From: an uncultured Candidatus Saccharibacteria bacterium
GTDB lineage: Bacteria > Patescibacteriota > Saccharimonadia > Saccharimonadales > Saccharimonadaceae
Reading direction: 5' to 3'
NCBI GenBank assembly: GCA_946406665.1
Contig: CAMJLE010000002.1
Location: 1,200-65,199 of the forward strand
DNA: 64,000 bases
Position 1 is the stretch's first letter. Every line of letters starts with the position of its first letter. The notes beneath the pieces were generated by a model. It saw nothing but the letters and a program-made list of their open reading frames with translations, was not told where the DNA came from and ran no database searches. This document shows, in pieces, positions 9,512-19,700 of this stretch. A program made the position numbers and the translations under genes.

Positions 9512-11078
9512 ACCAAATTTTTCCTGAGTCGTCGCAAGCGGTCAACTCTTTTGCGTCAACGGCGTCGGCGGTCGAATCCCATTTGGATTCTTGATACGTA
9601 CAGTTGTTGGTAACGTAAAAGTCTTTTTCGATATTCCCTTCGTCGTCTTCTGTACCATCTGCAGCAAGGGCGTAGCTTACGACTGGGAAGTATGTGTCAA
9701 TGAGCTCAACACGCGCCTCGACGCGACGGAACAGGTCGTTGGCGCGGCCAGTAGAGTCGACGATAGGCTGGACGTTAGCGAAATCAACCGATTTGCACCC
9801 ATCTTCACTATCGGTATAAATGCTACTCGAGTCGTACTTGCATGATTTTAGCTCGACGCTAACTTCGGTATCTGGTGCATCGTACGGAAGATTTAGTACT
9901 AGGAAGAACGTCGTGAAGTTGCGCGTGTCACTGCCATTGTGAGCAATTGGGCGAGGTACATAAATGTCGGCCGTACAGGCATAACCATTCGGAGTATTAA
10001 TGCCATCATTCGTATAGCAGAATACATCAAGTGGCGTATTATGCGACTTCGTAGACGATAACGCAAATGGACCGCCACGATAAGAGAAGCAGTTGGAGCC
10101 AGAACCGCATTCATTCGAGCCATAGATATGGTTAGAATAGTCTTTGATAGCATTGCTCGGTGAGTCTATGTCGAGGTTACTATATACGCCATTCTCCTTA
10201 GTTGGGCGTAGCGTGATTGTGCCGCGGTTGGTTCTGCTCCCGCTGGCTGCATAAAACTCATCAAGCGAAAAGGTGCGCGCCGACTGAATGAGCGTAGCTT
10301 GGATAGTAGACGGAACGGTCGGCAGTGAATTGAAGGCGTTCTTATAGTCGGCATATGGCCTAAACATATTATTAAACGTGATTTTGCCTGACATCGTTAG
10401 TGAAGAATCTTTATAGGAATGATAGCTACTCTTGATGGCCCCCGCAGGCGTGCTAGCATCTGCGAGATTTTTGCGGCTAAACCAGCTAAGCACGATGCGA
10501 TTTACACTATTAGTGTCGGCATCGCTAATTGTGCGAATCGGCACAATTTTGGTGGGGTACTTTGGTGCCAATGTTGTGAGATAATTACGGTTTTTGGCAG
10601 ACACCCTTACACAAGTATAGGCTTGATCGTAAGACTTAGCAGACTCGGCGACATCGCTGTTCTGGCTTTGCGTCTGAATAATTGTCTCATGGTTGCTAAT
10701 ATTATAGCCAAGCAGCTTGCTGACCGCATCACAATCTTTAGCGGTATTTTCGACGTCTGCCGTAAAGGCCTTTACTAAATCTTCACAGTTAACAGGGTTG
10801 CCGTCAATCTTGTAATTATACGTAATGTGACCATTAACATCAGTCGACCTTGCATTCATACAGTTCTGATAACGTAGTAAGACGATTTTAGCGTCTTCGA
10901 TCCCGGCAAGCGCAGAGTTGAGGGCGGACTGAGAGAGACTATAATTAGTCGTGCGGCTCATCTCCGACAACATTAGGCGCACGAAGCTTAGTGCGATAAT
11001 GCTCAGAAGCGTAGCCGTAAAAATCACTACGTATATGGCTGCTGCGCCTTTTTTAACTATCTTTTGCCTGATCGACAT
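9510..11078 (-). CDS. PilX-like large pilus-associated protein (N-terminal pilin-like hydrophobic segment, no E5)
   Basis: 522 aa. MSIRQKIVKKGAAAIYVVIFTATLLSIIALSF is followed by a Cys-containing extracellular domain. It is the last gene of a four-gene pilin-like operon. Confidence 0.5.
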   Translation of the reverse strand: MSIRQKIVKKGAAAIYVVIFTATLLSIIALSFVRLMLSEMSRTTNYSLSQSALNSALAGIEDAKIVLLRYQNCMNARSTDVNGHITYNYKIDGNPVNCEDLVKAFTADVENTAKDCDAVSKLLGYNISNHETIIQTQSQNSDVAESAKSYDQAYTCVRVSAKNRNYLTTLAPKYPTKIVPIRTISDADTNSVNRIVLSWFSRKNLADASTPAGAIKSSYHSYKDSSLTMSGKITFNNMFRPYADYKNAFNSLPTVPSTIQATLIQSARTFSLDEFYAASGSRTNRGTITLRPTKENGVYSNLDIDSPSNAIKDYSNHIYGSNECGSGSNCFSYRGGPFALSSTKSHNTPLDVFCYTNDGINTPNGYACTADIYVPRPIAHNGSDTRNFTTFFLVLNLPYDAPDTEVSVELKSCKYDSSSIYTDSEDGCKSVDFANVQPIVDSTGRANDLFRRVEARVELIDTYFPVVSYALAADGTEDDEGNIEKDFYVTNNCTYQESKWDSTADAVDAKELTACDDSGKIW

Positions 11079-11079
11079 A

Positions 11080-11934
11080 TTATCTTTCTCCGTATTGATT
11101 TGTATTATGTGTTTGTCCAGATGCGCGCACTGCGAAGTTAAACTTATTCACGGCGCAGTAATTGAATTCTTGCTGCGTAGACTCAACATTTGAGCTATAC
11201 ATAGTATCGGTGCCAGTACAGAAGTCTCCGTTGGAGAGGATATTTACGCCGCCGCGCATAGTAGCGAGAATAAACATCCCGGAATAAAATACCTGGCCCG
11301 TCTTATTATTCTGCGTTGCGGGAAGTACGACGAAATCATACAAGGCAAGATCACTCTCATTGTCGCCGATTAGGCTCACGATGCTATCGTCTTCAACGCC
11401 AGTAATCTTAGTGCTGTCAAGGACTCCGCCATGATGCGCGCAGGCAGTACGATCAGTGTCAGGGAATCTGGCGAATTTATAGTAATTGTCGTTAATGAGA
11501 AATAGTCTGTTTTTGTTGGAGCTATCTTTGCGAACACTCTCGATTGCTGGGGCCGTGTTCCAAACATAGGAGTATGCACCAGTACAAAATACACCGCCCG
11601 CCTGGACCGATTTCCCATTGGACGTCATCATCGTCTCATTGAAATAATTGCGATACGCTACTTTAATATCGTCTGGGGTTATGTTCATTCCGTTCGAGGC
11701 TTCAGGATTAATATGTTCGACAATCGGAGATCCGCCAACAGTACGTGTCAGATCGTTCAGGATATCGCGACCGTTGGCATTGATTTCGCGCATAGTGAGG
11801 CCTTTGCGATATATCTCAAGTATGCGCATCGTAATGGCTGTAATACCCATCAACATGACCGCTAGAAAAGTCATGGCGAGCATGAACTCAATAATAGTAA
11901 AAGCTTTTTTCTTGCGCACAAAACGTTTTTTCAT
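11080..11934 (-). CDS. Type IV minor pilin / pseudopilin (prepilin-type N-terminal methylation domain)
   Basis: MKKRFVRKKKA|FTIIEFMLAMTFLAVML class III signal peptide. Confidence 0.7.
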   Translation of the reverse strand: MKKRFVRKKKAFTIIEFMLAMTFLAVMLMGITAITMRILEIYRKGLTMREINANGRDILNDLTRTVGGSPIVEHINPEASNGMNITPDDIKVAYRNYFNETMMTSNGKSVQAGGVFCTGAYSYVWNTAPAIESVRKDSSNKNRLFLINDNYYKFARFPDTDRTACAHHGGVLDSTKITGVEDDSIVSLIGDNESDLALYDFVVLPATQNNKTGQVFYSGMFILATMRGGVNILSNGDFCTGTDTMYSSNVESTQQEFNYCAVNKFNFAVRASGQTHNTNQYGER

Positions 11935-12800
11935 TACTCTATTACCTCTGGATTATACAAGCGAACAATAGTCGTTAGCGTGCTTGGTGCGATTGAGCCA
12001 ACACTATGCCAACAAGTACGAATATAGAAGTCGAAATAATTAGAGTTGGCGGGATTCTCGCCCGGTTTTGCTCCTTTGTCGCCAACCGCAATAATGAACA
12101 CACCCTCAGCACTCGCGATTCTATTGTAGATTTTCTTTTCGGCAAGCGAGCCATCATCGTTGCTGCTCGAGCCTCCGCCGCCCCATATCTGGCGCTCGAT
12201 GCTGCTGCTTCCGTCCTCGGAGCTGGTTTCCTTATAAACGATACGCGGATAAACGACCGCATTTTTTAGGCGAGGATCATTGCCGATAGCACCATTTTCA
12301 AGCTCTTTTCTTATACCGCCAACTACAATATCTTCAATCATTGTCTGATACGATTCGCCATTATAGTTTGTTCCAAAGTCGGGCAAAATCAGGCGAGTAT
12401 TCAGAACGAAAGCATTATAGGAAAACACCATACCGTTGCTCGCGTATGCGTCGCTACAGCTACTTAAATGATTAATATCAAAATCAGCTCTCGCGCCCGT
12501 CACATCGTCTTCTGGCGTAGCTGGCTGCTGCGCGATCTGTCGCATAGCATTCCAGAGTTTACGGAATTGGCTAGCATCCTTGTCTAGCTGACGCTCAGCC
12601 ACGTAGCTTTGGTGAATATAGCGCAAAGCTTCGGCTTGACTATCAATCTCATTTCTCGCCATTAATTCTTCGAGTGTGCGCTGAGCAGCATTCAGGCCGC
12701 TATTCATAAGGTTGATTGTTATGATAGCCAAAACAGCAAAAACTGCAACGGCCATCATTACCTCGATAATTGTATCGCCACGTTTTTTTATTAATTGCAT
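11934..12800 (-). CDS. Type IV minor pilin-like protein
   Basis: MQLIKKRG|DTIIEVMMAVAVFAVLAII. Its start overlaps the upstream gene's stop (TAATG). Confidence 0.65.
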   Translation of the reverse strand: MQLIKKRGDTIIEVMMAVAVFAVLAIITINLMNSGLNAAQRTLEELMARNEIDSQAEALRYIHQSYVAERQLDKDASQFRKLWNAMRQIAQQPATPEDDVTGARADFDINHLSSCSDAYASNGMVFSYNAFVLNTRLILPDFGTNYNGESYQTMIEDIVVGGIRKELENGAIGNDPRLKNAVVYPRIVYKETSSEDGSSSIERQIWGGGGSSSNDDGSLAEKKIYNRIASAEGVFIIAVGDKGAKPGENPANSNYFDFYIRTCWHSVGSIAPSTLTTIVRLYNPEVIE

Positions 12801-13801
12801 GACGTCACCCCCGATGTGGTACCCTCCGTCGCGTCTTTTTCGGAATCGAGATTCATTAGCTCTACGTCACTTTGCCCCATGGCGCCGCTTCGAACTTTGA
12901 TTAGGCGACGGGCGTTGTTGTAAGTCTGCCCATCGCCGGAGTCTAAGCAGATGTCCAAATCGGCAATTTTGAAACCCAACTTGCCCGGCTCATCGACTCT
13001 CAAGAATTGGTTGATGCCGTAACGATCAATGGCTTGCTTATCTGTTGCCGAGATGCCTTGGCCGCTATTTGCGTTATTTACTTGCGTATAGTAATCTACG
13101 GGCGTCTGATTTACCGTCACGAGGCCATCCATAACATATGTCCTAATAGAGCCATCTCGAGGAGAACGGAAAATTAGGAGCGTCTTTTGTAGCGGATTGC
13201 CCTCTACGTCGAGCATCCTGGTGCCCCACTTCGTGTTCTGCTTTATTACTCTACCTGCTGTATGAATATAGCATGCCGTGTATCCAGAAGTGCAGTTGAA
13301 GGATAGATTGTTTGCCTTGACATACTTGCCTAGAACTTCAAGTTCAGTGGCGTTGGCAGGAATGCCGTTTGGTAGCTCGCGATTCACTGTTAAATAATCT
13401 TTCCCTAACAATTCCGTAGTTTCCATGCGATTTTCGTCGATAGTGACGACTGCGCCGTATACTACACAATTTGTGCGCCCACGATGAGACATTGAATCTG
13501 GCGCAGAAAGATTCTTTAGGCGAAAATAATCAGTCGGTTCGCCCCCTTCTATGTCTGATGAGACTAGACCATAGCAACTCGTGTCTGCTTCGCGAACAGT
13601 GATTTGCGTATCGGCCACAAACGAATACTGATCACGCAATATATTTACTACATCTTGTACGGCATCGTTATAGCGTTGCCTGGCAATATTATCCCCGAGG
13701 CCACCAAGTATACCCACCAGGAGAAGACCGCTCAGCGCGAGGAATAGCATTACCTCAATAATGGTAAAGCCCTTGCGAAATGCTCCCATATTTTTGTCCA
13801 T
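12791..13801 (-). CDS. Type IV minor pilin-like protein
   Basis: MDKNMGAFRKG|FTIIEVMLFLALSGLLLVG. The start could be the ATG at 13801 or at 13789. The track ORF extends to 13870. Confidence 0.7.
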   Translation of the reverse strand: MDKNMGAFRKGFTIIEVMLFLALSGLLLVGILGGLGDNIARQRYNDAVQDVVNILRDQYSFVADTQITVREADTSCYGLVSSDIEGGEPTDYFRLKNLSAPDSMSHRGRTNCVVYGAVVTIDENRMETTELLGKDYLTVNRELPNGIPANATELEVLGKYVKANNLSFNCTSGYTACYIHTAGRVIKQNTKWGTRMLDVEGNPLQKTLLIFRSPRDGSIRTYVMDGLVTVNQTPVDYYTQVNNANSGQGISATDKQAIDRYGINQFLRVDEPGKLGFKIADLDICLDSGDGQTYNNARRLIKVRSGAMGQSDVELMNLDSEKDATEGTTSGVTSCN

Positions 13802-13876
13802 GCTATTATTATACATTAACATAAGCAAAATGGGCGTATTTCTGTTCAAAAAATCGTCTTCTCTGCCCAATAAAAT

Positions 13877-15394
13877 CTATTTAGCGTATTCAATGGCGCG
13901 GGTTTCGCGAATAACGTTGACCTTAATGACGCCAGGATATTGCATAGTGGCCTCAATCTTGTCTGCTATGTCGCGGGCGAGTTTGAGCGCAGATAGATCG
14001 TCGATCTGTTTCGGCTCGACAATGACGCGAATTTCGCGACCGGCAGAAATAGCGTAGGCCTTGTCGATGCCCGGGAAGCTAGTTGCAACATTCTCGAGGG
14101 CCTTCATACGTTCAGCGAAGTTCTCGGCGGAAATATTGCGCGCTCCTGGGCGAGCAGCAGAAATAGCATCAACAATCTTGACAATTACCGCTTCGGGCGT
14201 GGTTGGCTCGATATCGTCATGATGCGCTGCGATTGCATGTACGACTTCATCTTTCATGCCAAACTTTTTGGCTAGCTCAGCACCAATGTCGGCATGTTTT
14301 CCTTCGATCTTGTGCGTGACAGCCTTGCCAATATCATGGAGAAGAGTGGCGGTCTTAGTCACACTAACATCTGCGCCAACCTCTTCGGCAATCATGCCGG
14401 CAATGTGAGCCATCTCAATGGAATGCAATAGGACGTTTTGGCCATAGCTCGTGCGGAACTTTAACTCGCCGAGCAGATGAAGGATTTCAGACGGAATACC
14501 AATAACGCCAACTTCACGAGCAGCATCCTCGCCGGCGCGAACGACTTCTTTTTCGATTTCGCGTTCAGCTTTTGCGACAGCATCTTCGATGCTAGATGGA
14601 TTAATGCGACCGTCTTTCATGAGGCGCTCAAGCGCATAGCGCGCAACTTGACGGCGAATAGGATCGAAACTACTAAGCACTACCATGCCTGGAGTATCGT
14701 CGACGAGTACATCTACGCCAGTGGCGTGCTGAAGCGCCTGAATATTGCGGCCTTCTTTTCCGATAATGCGCCCCTTCATATCGTCATCGGGCAGCTTGAG
14801 GGCCGTAATGGTGCGATCGGCCGTAACTTCTGAAGACATGCGCTCCATGGCCGTAAGAAGAATCGCCTCGGCGGTATCGTCGATGTGGTCATTGTAAGCT
14901 TTTTGCTCCTTAATCATAAGCTCGGAGAGGTCATTCTTAATGTCGCGCTCAGTCATAGAAATGAGTTTTTCCTTAGCGTCAGCTTTACTGAGGCCGGCAA
15001 TCTTTTCGAGCTTTTCTTGAGCTTTCGTGCGAATAGCGCGAACTTCGTCTTTTAACTCTTCGATTTCGCTTTCCTGCTTGCGCAATGCCTCGGAACGCTT
15101 GTCGAGCTGGTCGAGCTTCTTGTCGAGCAAAGTCTCACGTTCGACTAGGCGATTTTCGGTGCGCTTCCACTCTTTGCGATGCTCATTTTCTTCACGCTGA
15201 GCCTTATCGCTAATTTCGGAGGCCTCTTTCTTGGCGCTGAGAACTATCTCGGACGCCTCATGCTTAGCCTTGCGAACTAATTCATCGGCCTTGTTCTTGC
15301 CTCCGTTTTCTTTGCTTTTATTTACGGCATAAAAACCACCAACGCCAGCCCCTACCCCTAGGACTAACCCGGCGATAAGTAAACCTATCTCCAT
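13877..15394 (-). CDS. rny: Ribonuclease Y
   Basis: 505 aa with an N-terminal TM, a coiled-coil Lys/Glu region, a KH domain (GRIIGKEGRNI) and an HD domain (LLHDIGK..HH). Confidence 0.9.
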   Translation of the reverse strand: MEIGLLIAGLVLGVGAGVGGFYAVNKSKENGGKNKADELVRKAKHEASEIVLSAKKEASEISDKAQREENEHRKEWKRTENRLVERETLLDKKLDQLDKRSEALRKQESEIEELKDEVRAIRTKAQEKLEKIAGLSKADAKEKLISMTERDIKNDLSELMIKEQKAYNDHIDDTAEAILLTAMERMSSEVTADRTITALKLPDDDMKGRIIGKEGRNIQALQHATGVDVLVDDTPGMVVLSSFDPIRRQVARYALERLMKDGRINPSSIEDAVAKAEREIEKEVVRAGEDAAREVGVIGIPSEILHLLGELKFRTSYGQNVLLHSIEMAHIAGMIAEEVGADVSVTKTATLLHDIGKAVTHKIEGKHADIGAELAKKFGMKDEVVHAIAAHHDDIEPTTPEAVIVKIVDAISAARPGARNISAENFAERMKALENVATSFPGIDKAYAISAGREIRVIVEPKQIDDLSALKLARDIADKIEATMQYPGVIKVNVIRETRAIEYAK

Positions 15395-15518
15395 TCTTCC
15401 TCTTTCCTTCTATACGCAAATATCAAAATTAAGATGAAGGTGCGCATATCAATAAATTAAATAAATAATCGTAAAATTAAACGGCAACTTTGTACCTATT
15501 TTTTATTGTAGCACGTAA

Positions 15519-15851
15519 TCACTTCTTTGGGGGAGTGATATTTGCTGGTCGCCCGTACTCGGGCATAATGAGGTCCACTTCTTCGCCGCGATGGTTATAT
15601 AGCGGGATTCCTAATTGGTTGGCTAATGTGTTAACGACCGTTGCGCCGATACGTAATCCAGTAAAGCTACCTGGTCCAGACATGAATGTTATCGATTCGA
15701 GGTCTCGCCAGTCTTTATTGTTTTCTTGAAGCTTATCGTGGATATACTTTAAGAGGTGCTTGGCGAGATCGCGCCCTGCTTCCCATTCATAATAACGCTC
15801 ATCAAGCTTAATGACGACAGTAGGCTGCGAGGTGTCGAGATAGAGCTTCAT
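15519..15851 (-). CDS. tsaB: tRNA t6A biosynthesis protein TsaB, short form (N-terminal half only)
   Basis: MKLYLDTS...SGPGSFTGLRIGATVVNTLA. Only 110 aa. Confidence 0.7.
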   Translation of the reverse strand: MKLYLDTSQPTVVIKLDERYYEWEAGRDLAKHLLKYIHDKLQENNKDWRDLESITFMSGPGSFTGLRIGATVVNTLANQLGIPLYNHRGEEVDLIMPEYGRPANITPPKK

Positions 15852-16252
15852 TTTATGGTAATCTCCCGCGTATCTTCGTTAATATATTTAATTTCAATGA
15901 TATGACGATCCTCCGGCAAGACATCTTTAATACTCTGCCCCCATTCAACTACCGTGATAGTATCTGGATCGGTCATTGTGTCGGCAAGATTTTCGGCCAT
16001 AATGCCAGGGTCAGCCAAGCGGTAGAAATCATAGTGAACGAGACGATATTCTTTACCGGCGTATTCTTTCGAAAGGGTGAACGAAGGAGACGTAACCCCC
16101 TCTTTGACGCCCAGCCCCTGCGCAATTCCGCGCGTAAATGTAGTCTTGCCCGCTCCTACGTCGCCTATTAGTTCCAGAACGGCCGGCGCCGTGAGCGTTT
16201 TGGCAAAATCACTACCAGCTTTAATCATTTCCGCTTCAGAGTGAATTAACAT
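15848..16252 (-). CDS. tsaE: tRNA t6A biosynthesis ATPase TsaE
   Basis: GDVGAGKTTFTRGIAQGLG, SPSFTL, HYDFYRL. Confidence 0.85.
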   Translation of the reverse strand: MLIHSEAEMIKAGSDFAKTLTAPAVLELIGDVGAGKTTFTRGIAQGLGVKEGVTSPSFTLSKEYAGKEYRLVHYDFYRLADPGIMAENLADTMTDPDTITVVEWGQSIKDVLPEDRHIIEIKYINEDTREITIK

Positions 16253-17721
16253 GCATATATTTTACCATATTTTTGAGAATTATCCAGGACGGCGATTGGC
16301 CGGTAACTATGCTTTGTGATGCGCCAAAGAACAAGAGTGATAGCGATTATTGGGATAAAAAGCAAAAATGATGCCGGTTGAGATTGTGCAAAGCTAACGG
16401 TCGCCCATTTTATTTCACTCAAATGACGGATTACAAATATCTGAAAGGTGAGGATCGTTTTATCGACAAATACTATCAAAGTTGAGAGCGTACCTAACGG
16501 AATTATAGACAACAAACTAAGAAGCATAACGACCGGGATTAACGGCGTAACCAGCATATTCCCGACTATACTAATTACGGAGAATTGACCGAAATAGAAA
16601 ATGCTAAGTGGCAAGCAATATAGCTGAGCAGAAATTGTAACGATTATTATGTCCGCGAAAAAACTTGGACGGGCGTGGCCATAGAGAGTTTTAATAAGCA
16701 ATGGCGACAAAAACATAATGCCGGCGTATGAAGCCATAGAAAGTTGCCAAGCCATACTCAACAAAACGCCCGGATTAGCCATTGCGGAAATAGCCGCCAC
16801 ATAGACTAGAAGCCGACCGGGATGGAATCTTCGTCCATAATATCCAAATAACAACGACAGCCCCGACACTAGCCCAGCGCGTAGCAAGCTTGGGCTTAGC
16901 CCAGCGACAAGTATGAAGCAGGTCATCAAAACGGTAGCAGAAGAAAAGCCGGCAAAGCGGGAAATCTTACCGATTCATTTTCTCGCCGCACTCACGAGAA
17001 CTGATAGGCTAAAACCAGATGCTACAACAATATGCGAGAGTCCGACAATTTTTAGTTGCTCTTTGAGCTCAGCGGATAGCGGTTTTTCGCCAACCAAAAA
17101 GCCGAGTGCTAGATCGACAGCTGGGCTACTTATCGATTCACGTAGGTGCGCCACAGCAAACGAGTGGATGGCGGCAAAATAGTCTGGCGGATCAGGCTTA
17201 CTAGACCCCAAAATAACGGGGCGACTGATTGAAAAACTATAATCACCAAAACCCGCCCGTATCCTGGCGCGCATCTTTACCCGATCGGAGCGCGAGAGTG
17301 AGGGCTCTTCTCCGGCTAGAACCGCATATGCTTGACATTTCAGCTGTTTTGTGCTATTATTAAATAGTATGTCCCCTATTTGAAGGCGGACTTGATTGTT
17401 GGTGTCTTTCGATAAATCTAAAACCGTTGCGTTAACAATAGCTTCTCGGCCGACATAGCTACTAATTATCGCTTCATCATGATTGATTTGGCCGGTACGA
17501 AAAAGACCTGCTAGCACTCCTCCTAATAAGGCGCAAAAAATACGGGTAAAATTTGATGGCGCGAATGAGACTAAAAGCAAGACTAACGCGATTACGATAA
17601 GCTCAAAGAACGTAGTTGCTCAGGAAGTTACTAATGTGACTATAGTTCCCGCTATTATGCCAACCCCAAAGAGAAGAGGCGATATCGAGATATGCAGTAA
17701 GCGTTTATTGGACGAAAACAT
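16246..17721 (-). pseudogene. comEC: DNA internalization channel ComEC/Rec2, one continuous frame interrupted by two in-frame TGA codons
   Basis: Track ORFs 16975..17580 and 16246..16929 are in the same frame, separated only by a TGA (complement of 16975-77). A further upstream ATG at 17721 (MFSSNKRLLHISISPLLFGVGIIAGTIVTLVTS) joins in frame through a second TGA (complement of 17620-22). ComEC motifs are LSHIVVASGFSLSVL and LVAGLSPSLLRAG. Confidence 0.7.
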
Positions 17722-17788
17722 ACCGTAATTATATCGTTGGCGAAAAGACGAATGAAGCATAAGTATAAATATCTGTTATAATGATGTA

Positions 17789-19672
17789 GTGAAAAAGTTT
17801 TTGAAGAAGCTCAGCTTGAGGCAACGCTATCTTTTATGCTCAGCAGTTTTTCTTTTTGTGACCGCACTGTTACTCACCTGGTTCCTCGAATATCGTTATT
17901 TTTTAGGCAATATGTCGGGCACGTGGGAGTTTGTATTTGGTAGATTTCAGATTTATCTATTTAATACGTTCTTGATGTGGCTAATGCTCATTTTTATCTG
18001 GGGCATATTGGGCTCACCAATTGCCGCGACTGGCGTATCCTGGGTGTTAATTTCGATTTTGACATATATACATATCAATAAATATTACTCACGTCAGACG
18101 CCTCTTTTGCCAGAAGATTTTCAGCTAGCTAGCCAAGCTACGACTTTGACGAAATTCGTGGACTACGGCTCGATTACGCGATTAGTTATAGCCTGCCTGT
18201 TGATGATTTTTCTCACTGCACTTTTCTATAGGTTTTGGGCGAAAAAACTTCACCTAAAGAGAACTTGGAAGACTCATTCATTTGCACAGAAGCACGCTAT
18301 TGCTATGCGGTTATTAATCGTAGTAGTAGCAGGTGGCGCATTTTTCTTCTGTACCGATTTCATTCGCCATCACGACGGCTCCCGCTACGAAGACGTTCCA
18401 TTTCTGAACACTACTTTCACGGCCTGGAATCAAAATCGAAACTATACGGAAAATGGTTTTATCGTAGGATTCTTATACAATTTTCAGAAGCTTCAACTCG
18501 AGGAGCCTGATGTTTATTCCGAGAATAAGATTCGTTCCATCAAATCAAAATACGATGCTAAAGCCGATGAAGAGAATCTCAATCGTAAAGATTTAGCAAA
18601 GGACGATATTAATGTTGTAGTAATATTAAACGAGTCGTTCTTTGACCCGAACGTTGAGTTTAATGGCGAAAAATTCGAGGACTATTACCCACATACTGGG
18701 GGTGATATATTGCCAAACTTGCACGAGATTCAGAAGAACTATCCGAGTGGACTAATGTATTCGCTCGATTACGGCGGAGGTACAGCAAATATCGAATTCG
18801 AAACGCTCACGAGCATGACGAATTACTGGGTGAATACCGTCCCATACACTGCCTTAGTACCAAAAGCTGGGCAAATTCCTTCGATTGCACAAATGCTAAA
18901 AACAAAAGGCTACGCAACGACCGCAATTCACCCCTTCAATGGTGGCATGTACAAAAGAAATATCTCGCTTGCAAATGAGGGCTTCGATACTTTTATCACC
19001 GAGAATGAGATGGATTACAAGGACCACGATGGCAACTCTGAGTATATAAATGACCGCTCGGCGTATCGCCAGGTGCTAAAAGTACTAAAAGAGAGCGATC
19101 AGAAACAGATGATTGGACTGATTACGATGCAGAACCATACGCCATATAACGCTGAAAACTACGAGAAAACCCAATTCGCCGTGACAAACGACGACATTGA
19201 AGATCAAAGAAAGTCCGACATTGCGATATATTACCAAAGCTTGCATAATTCTGATCAGTATTTTGGCGAATTCATCGACGAAATTAATAAGTTAGACGAA
19301 AAAGTAGTTATACTATTCTTCGGCGATCATGCGGCTGGCCTGTTCGATAATGTCAATTCGCACGAGTCTAAGCAGGTACGCGATTTGGCGCGTGTCACGC
19401 CCTACTTTGTTTATTCGAACTACGATTCCGGTTTCCGAGGAAAGCAATCATTGCCAACCACTACGCCAAACTGCATGGTTAATACGATGCTGAATGGCCT
19501 AAACTGGCAAAAGGATTCATTATATTATATGGTAGATCAGGTTTGCGAGAATGAGCCAATACTAGCGGCTAGCTATATGGAGGGGCGCGAAGTGCGCATG
19601 GCGGACGTAATGGACGATTACGAACTCGTTACTTACGATATCTTAGGCGGCAAAAAGTATTGGACAAAATAA
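17789..19672 (+). CDS. LTA synthase/phosphoglycerol-transferase family sulfatase-fold membrane protein
   Basis: 627 aa with a GTG start. About 5 N-terminal TMs precede an extracellular sulfatase-like domain (VVVILNESFFDP..., FFGDHAAG). Confidence 0.65.
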   Translation: MKKFLKKLSLRQRYLLCSAVFLFVTALLLTWFLEYRYFLGNMSGTWEFVFGRFQIYLFNTFLMWLMLIFIWGILGSPIAATGVSWVLISILTYIHINKYYSRQTPLLPEDFQLASQATTLTKFVDYGSITRLVIACLLMIFLTALFYRFWAKKLHLKRTWKTHSFAQKHAIAMRLLIVVVAGGAFFFCTDFIRHHDGSRYEDVPFLNTTFTAWNQNRNYTENGFIVGFLYNFQKLQLEEPDVYSENKIRSIKSKYDAKADEENLNRKDLAKDDINVVVILNESFFDPNVEFNGEKFEDYYPHTGGDILPNLHEIQKNYPSGLMYSLDYGGGTANIEFETLTSMTNYWVNTVPYTALVPKAGQIPSIAQMLKTKGYATTAIHPFNGGMYKRNISLANEGFDTFITENEMDYKDHDGNSEYINDRSAYRQVLKVLKESDQKQMIGLITMQNHTPYNAENYEKTQFAVTNDDIEDQRKSDIAIYYQSLHNSDQYFGEFIDEINKLDEKVVILFFGDHAAGLFDNVNSHESKQVRDLARVTPYFVYSNYDSGFRGKQSLPTTTPNCMVNTMLNGLNWQKDSLYYMVDQVCENEPILAASYMEGREVRMADVMDDYELVTYDILGGKKYWTK

Positions 19673-19700
19673 ATAATACCCCTTTCGGGGTATTATTTAT
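19672..19700. terminator. Bidirectional intrinsic terminator
   Basis: AATAATACCCC-TTTC-GGGGTATTATT hairpin between convergent genes. Confidence 0.7.
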
